A stretch of DNA of 64,000 bases, taken from NCBI RefSeq assembly GCF_963921235.1, contig NC_086098.1, positions 3,100,001 through 3,164,000 on the forward strand, given 5' to 3'. This DNA is from Mobula hypostoma (Eukaryota). Shown in pieces: positions 62,198 to 64,000 of this stretch. Every line of letters starts with the position of its first letter. Positions within the stretch are counted from its first letter, which is position 1. The notes beneath the pieces are model-generated. The model had not been told where the DNA came from, searched no databases, and worked only from the letters and a program-made list of their open reading frames with translations. The position numbers and the translations under genes are program-made.

Positions 62198-63834
62198 TTT
62201 CACTTTGGAGACTAGAGCCTTGGAACCTTGAGGAAGAGGTGGGATGGGATGAGTGATTAGGAATTGACTGAAGACAGCCACCAGGACAATAAATGTATCT
62301 TCTTGAAATGTTTGGAGGGTATCCCAGTTTGGCACTCTGTTAGTAGACAGTATTCTCCTGGAACTAACCATTAATGTGCATTACTAAGCCAGCAGGGTCC
62401 AAGTTCTGTGATAATATTCTGAAATTTGCATTGTCCAATCACTGGATTCACTTCATAATGGCTTATGGCTGTTTTCACAATTGTGGAGTGTCTAGCTGAA
62501 TTTTCAGGGGGATGTGAAATAAGCAGGGAATTATATTAATTGGATTGTACTCTGAATTTTCAGTTGGATGGAGGTGATAAAGCAGTAGTGTTTTGCAATA
62601 GAATTTCCAGGCACTTGTAGAAATGGCCAAAAATGTAGTCACTGGTGAACATACAAAGTTCAAAGTACACTTATTGTCACAGAATATATAAATTATACAA
62701 CCTTATTATACATCTGCTTACTGGCAGCCACAAAGCAAGAAACCCAAAAGAACCCAATTTAAAAAAAAGACCAGCACCCAATGTACAGAGAAAGAGAAAA
62801 AACACAAATCGTGCAAACAGTAAAAGCAAGCAACAGCATTCAGAATGAAATTGAGCCCATAGACCCGGAACCTGGAGCCCGGAGCTGATGGAGTCAGCCC
62901 ATAGCCTCAGCTTCAGCCTCAGTACATCACACAGCTGGGCAAACTGCCACGAAGCTCGCAGGCCGGGAGTCTGGAGTAGCCAGAGCCTCAGCGCCAAGCA
63001 ATGTGGAGAAAATGTTGTGAAGCAGAACCAGTACTGACCTTCACCTCTGGTCCCGACACCCTGTCATTTCAGCCCATCTGACCCAGAGTTTAAATTGTCT
63101 AAACACCAGGTCATCTCTCACTCTTGGAACCAGGCCTTGCTGCAGCAATACGCTCCAGGCCTGGACCCCGTCACCATGTTCCGGCCCATACTCAACCTTT
63201 CCAAATTGACCTGGCACTTAGATCAATCCAACCCTACTCTCAATGTAAGTGGACGGGCCACGAATCTGCCCCCCTCCATTCAGACTTTCTCCACCTTGCT
63301 TGCTCCAGCTCTGACTTCATCTTGAACATGTCTCGACTTCACTCCGGCCACTCGAACATGCCTCAATTTCACTCCAAATCTATCTCGCACCCATATGCCT
63401 CGACCTCAGATCAGCCTCACCTCCACTCACTTCTTTATTGTTTGCAGTGATTGTTTCCACAGAAAATGTGTTGTTAATAGAGTATTTAGTTGCACTTCCT
63501 GCTTTGAAAACCATCTTCAGCAGAGCCAACTGAAACCAGAGAGCACCATCAGGACATGCTAGCATCGCAGTTACCATGATACTTTATTGTAGCATCAATC
63601 AGAGATGAGAGTTCAGTTCCCGCCGCTGCCTGGAGGTGTTTGTATGTTCTACCCCTGACAGTGTGGTTTTTCTCCGAGTTTCCCCCACATTCCAAAGGCC
63701 TACGGGTTAGAGTTTGTGAGATATGGGTGTGCGATATTGGCACTGCAAGCATGGCCACACTTGTCAGCTGCCCCCCGGCACAACGTTGATGGTTAGCACA
63801 AAACAATACGTTTCACTCAACCTATCTCATAAAA

Positions 63835-64000
63835 ACACTCACAACACACTGGAGGAACTCAGCAGGTCGGGCAGCATCCATGGAAAAGATTGGTCGACGT
63901 TTCGGGCCAGAACCCTTCGTCAGGACGGCCCGAAACGTCGACCGACCTTTTCCACGGATGCTGCCTGACCTGCTGAGTTTCTCCAGCACGTTGTGAGTGT
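63835..64000. mobile_element. Penelope-derived inverted pLTR pair containing a hammerhead core
   Basis: 74-bp arms 63835-63908 and 63927-64000; minus strand GTC-CTGACGA-AGGGTTCTGGCCC-GAAAC-GTC-GAC. Confidence 0.85.

Overview
Eukaryotic (vertebrate) genomic DNA. The repeat content (very dense CR1 LINEs, V-domain/HE1-type tRNA SINEs, Penelope pLTRs, Rex1/Babar) points to a cartilaginous fish, probably a ray or shark; this is an inference. Roughly three-quarters of the window, by eye, is nested and mostly decayed transposon sequence: many CR1 copies (two near full length, with esterase ORF1 and APE+RT ORF2), Rex1/Babar, L1, an R4/Dong-type REL LINE, Penelope-like elements, two Tc1 families, a Gypsy LTR/gag remnant, V-SINEs, three short RTE-like non-autonomous families and long TG-rich satellites. 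I could not identify any host protein-coding gene, only weak exon candidates, and found no CRISPR, rRNA or standalone tRNA. Most ORFs in the track are TE fragments, antisense shadows or microsatellite translations. Two themes stand out. First, there are candidate self-cleaving ribozyme motifs of three classes on retroelement ends: a Penelope hammerhead (one with an intact core inside a long hairpin), a decayed twister-like motif, and an HDV-like pseudoknot. Second, locally templated insertions recur, including perfect inverted snippets and a 276-bp copy. I see no firm evidence for a wholly new biological system. Many TE boundaries are approximate.
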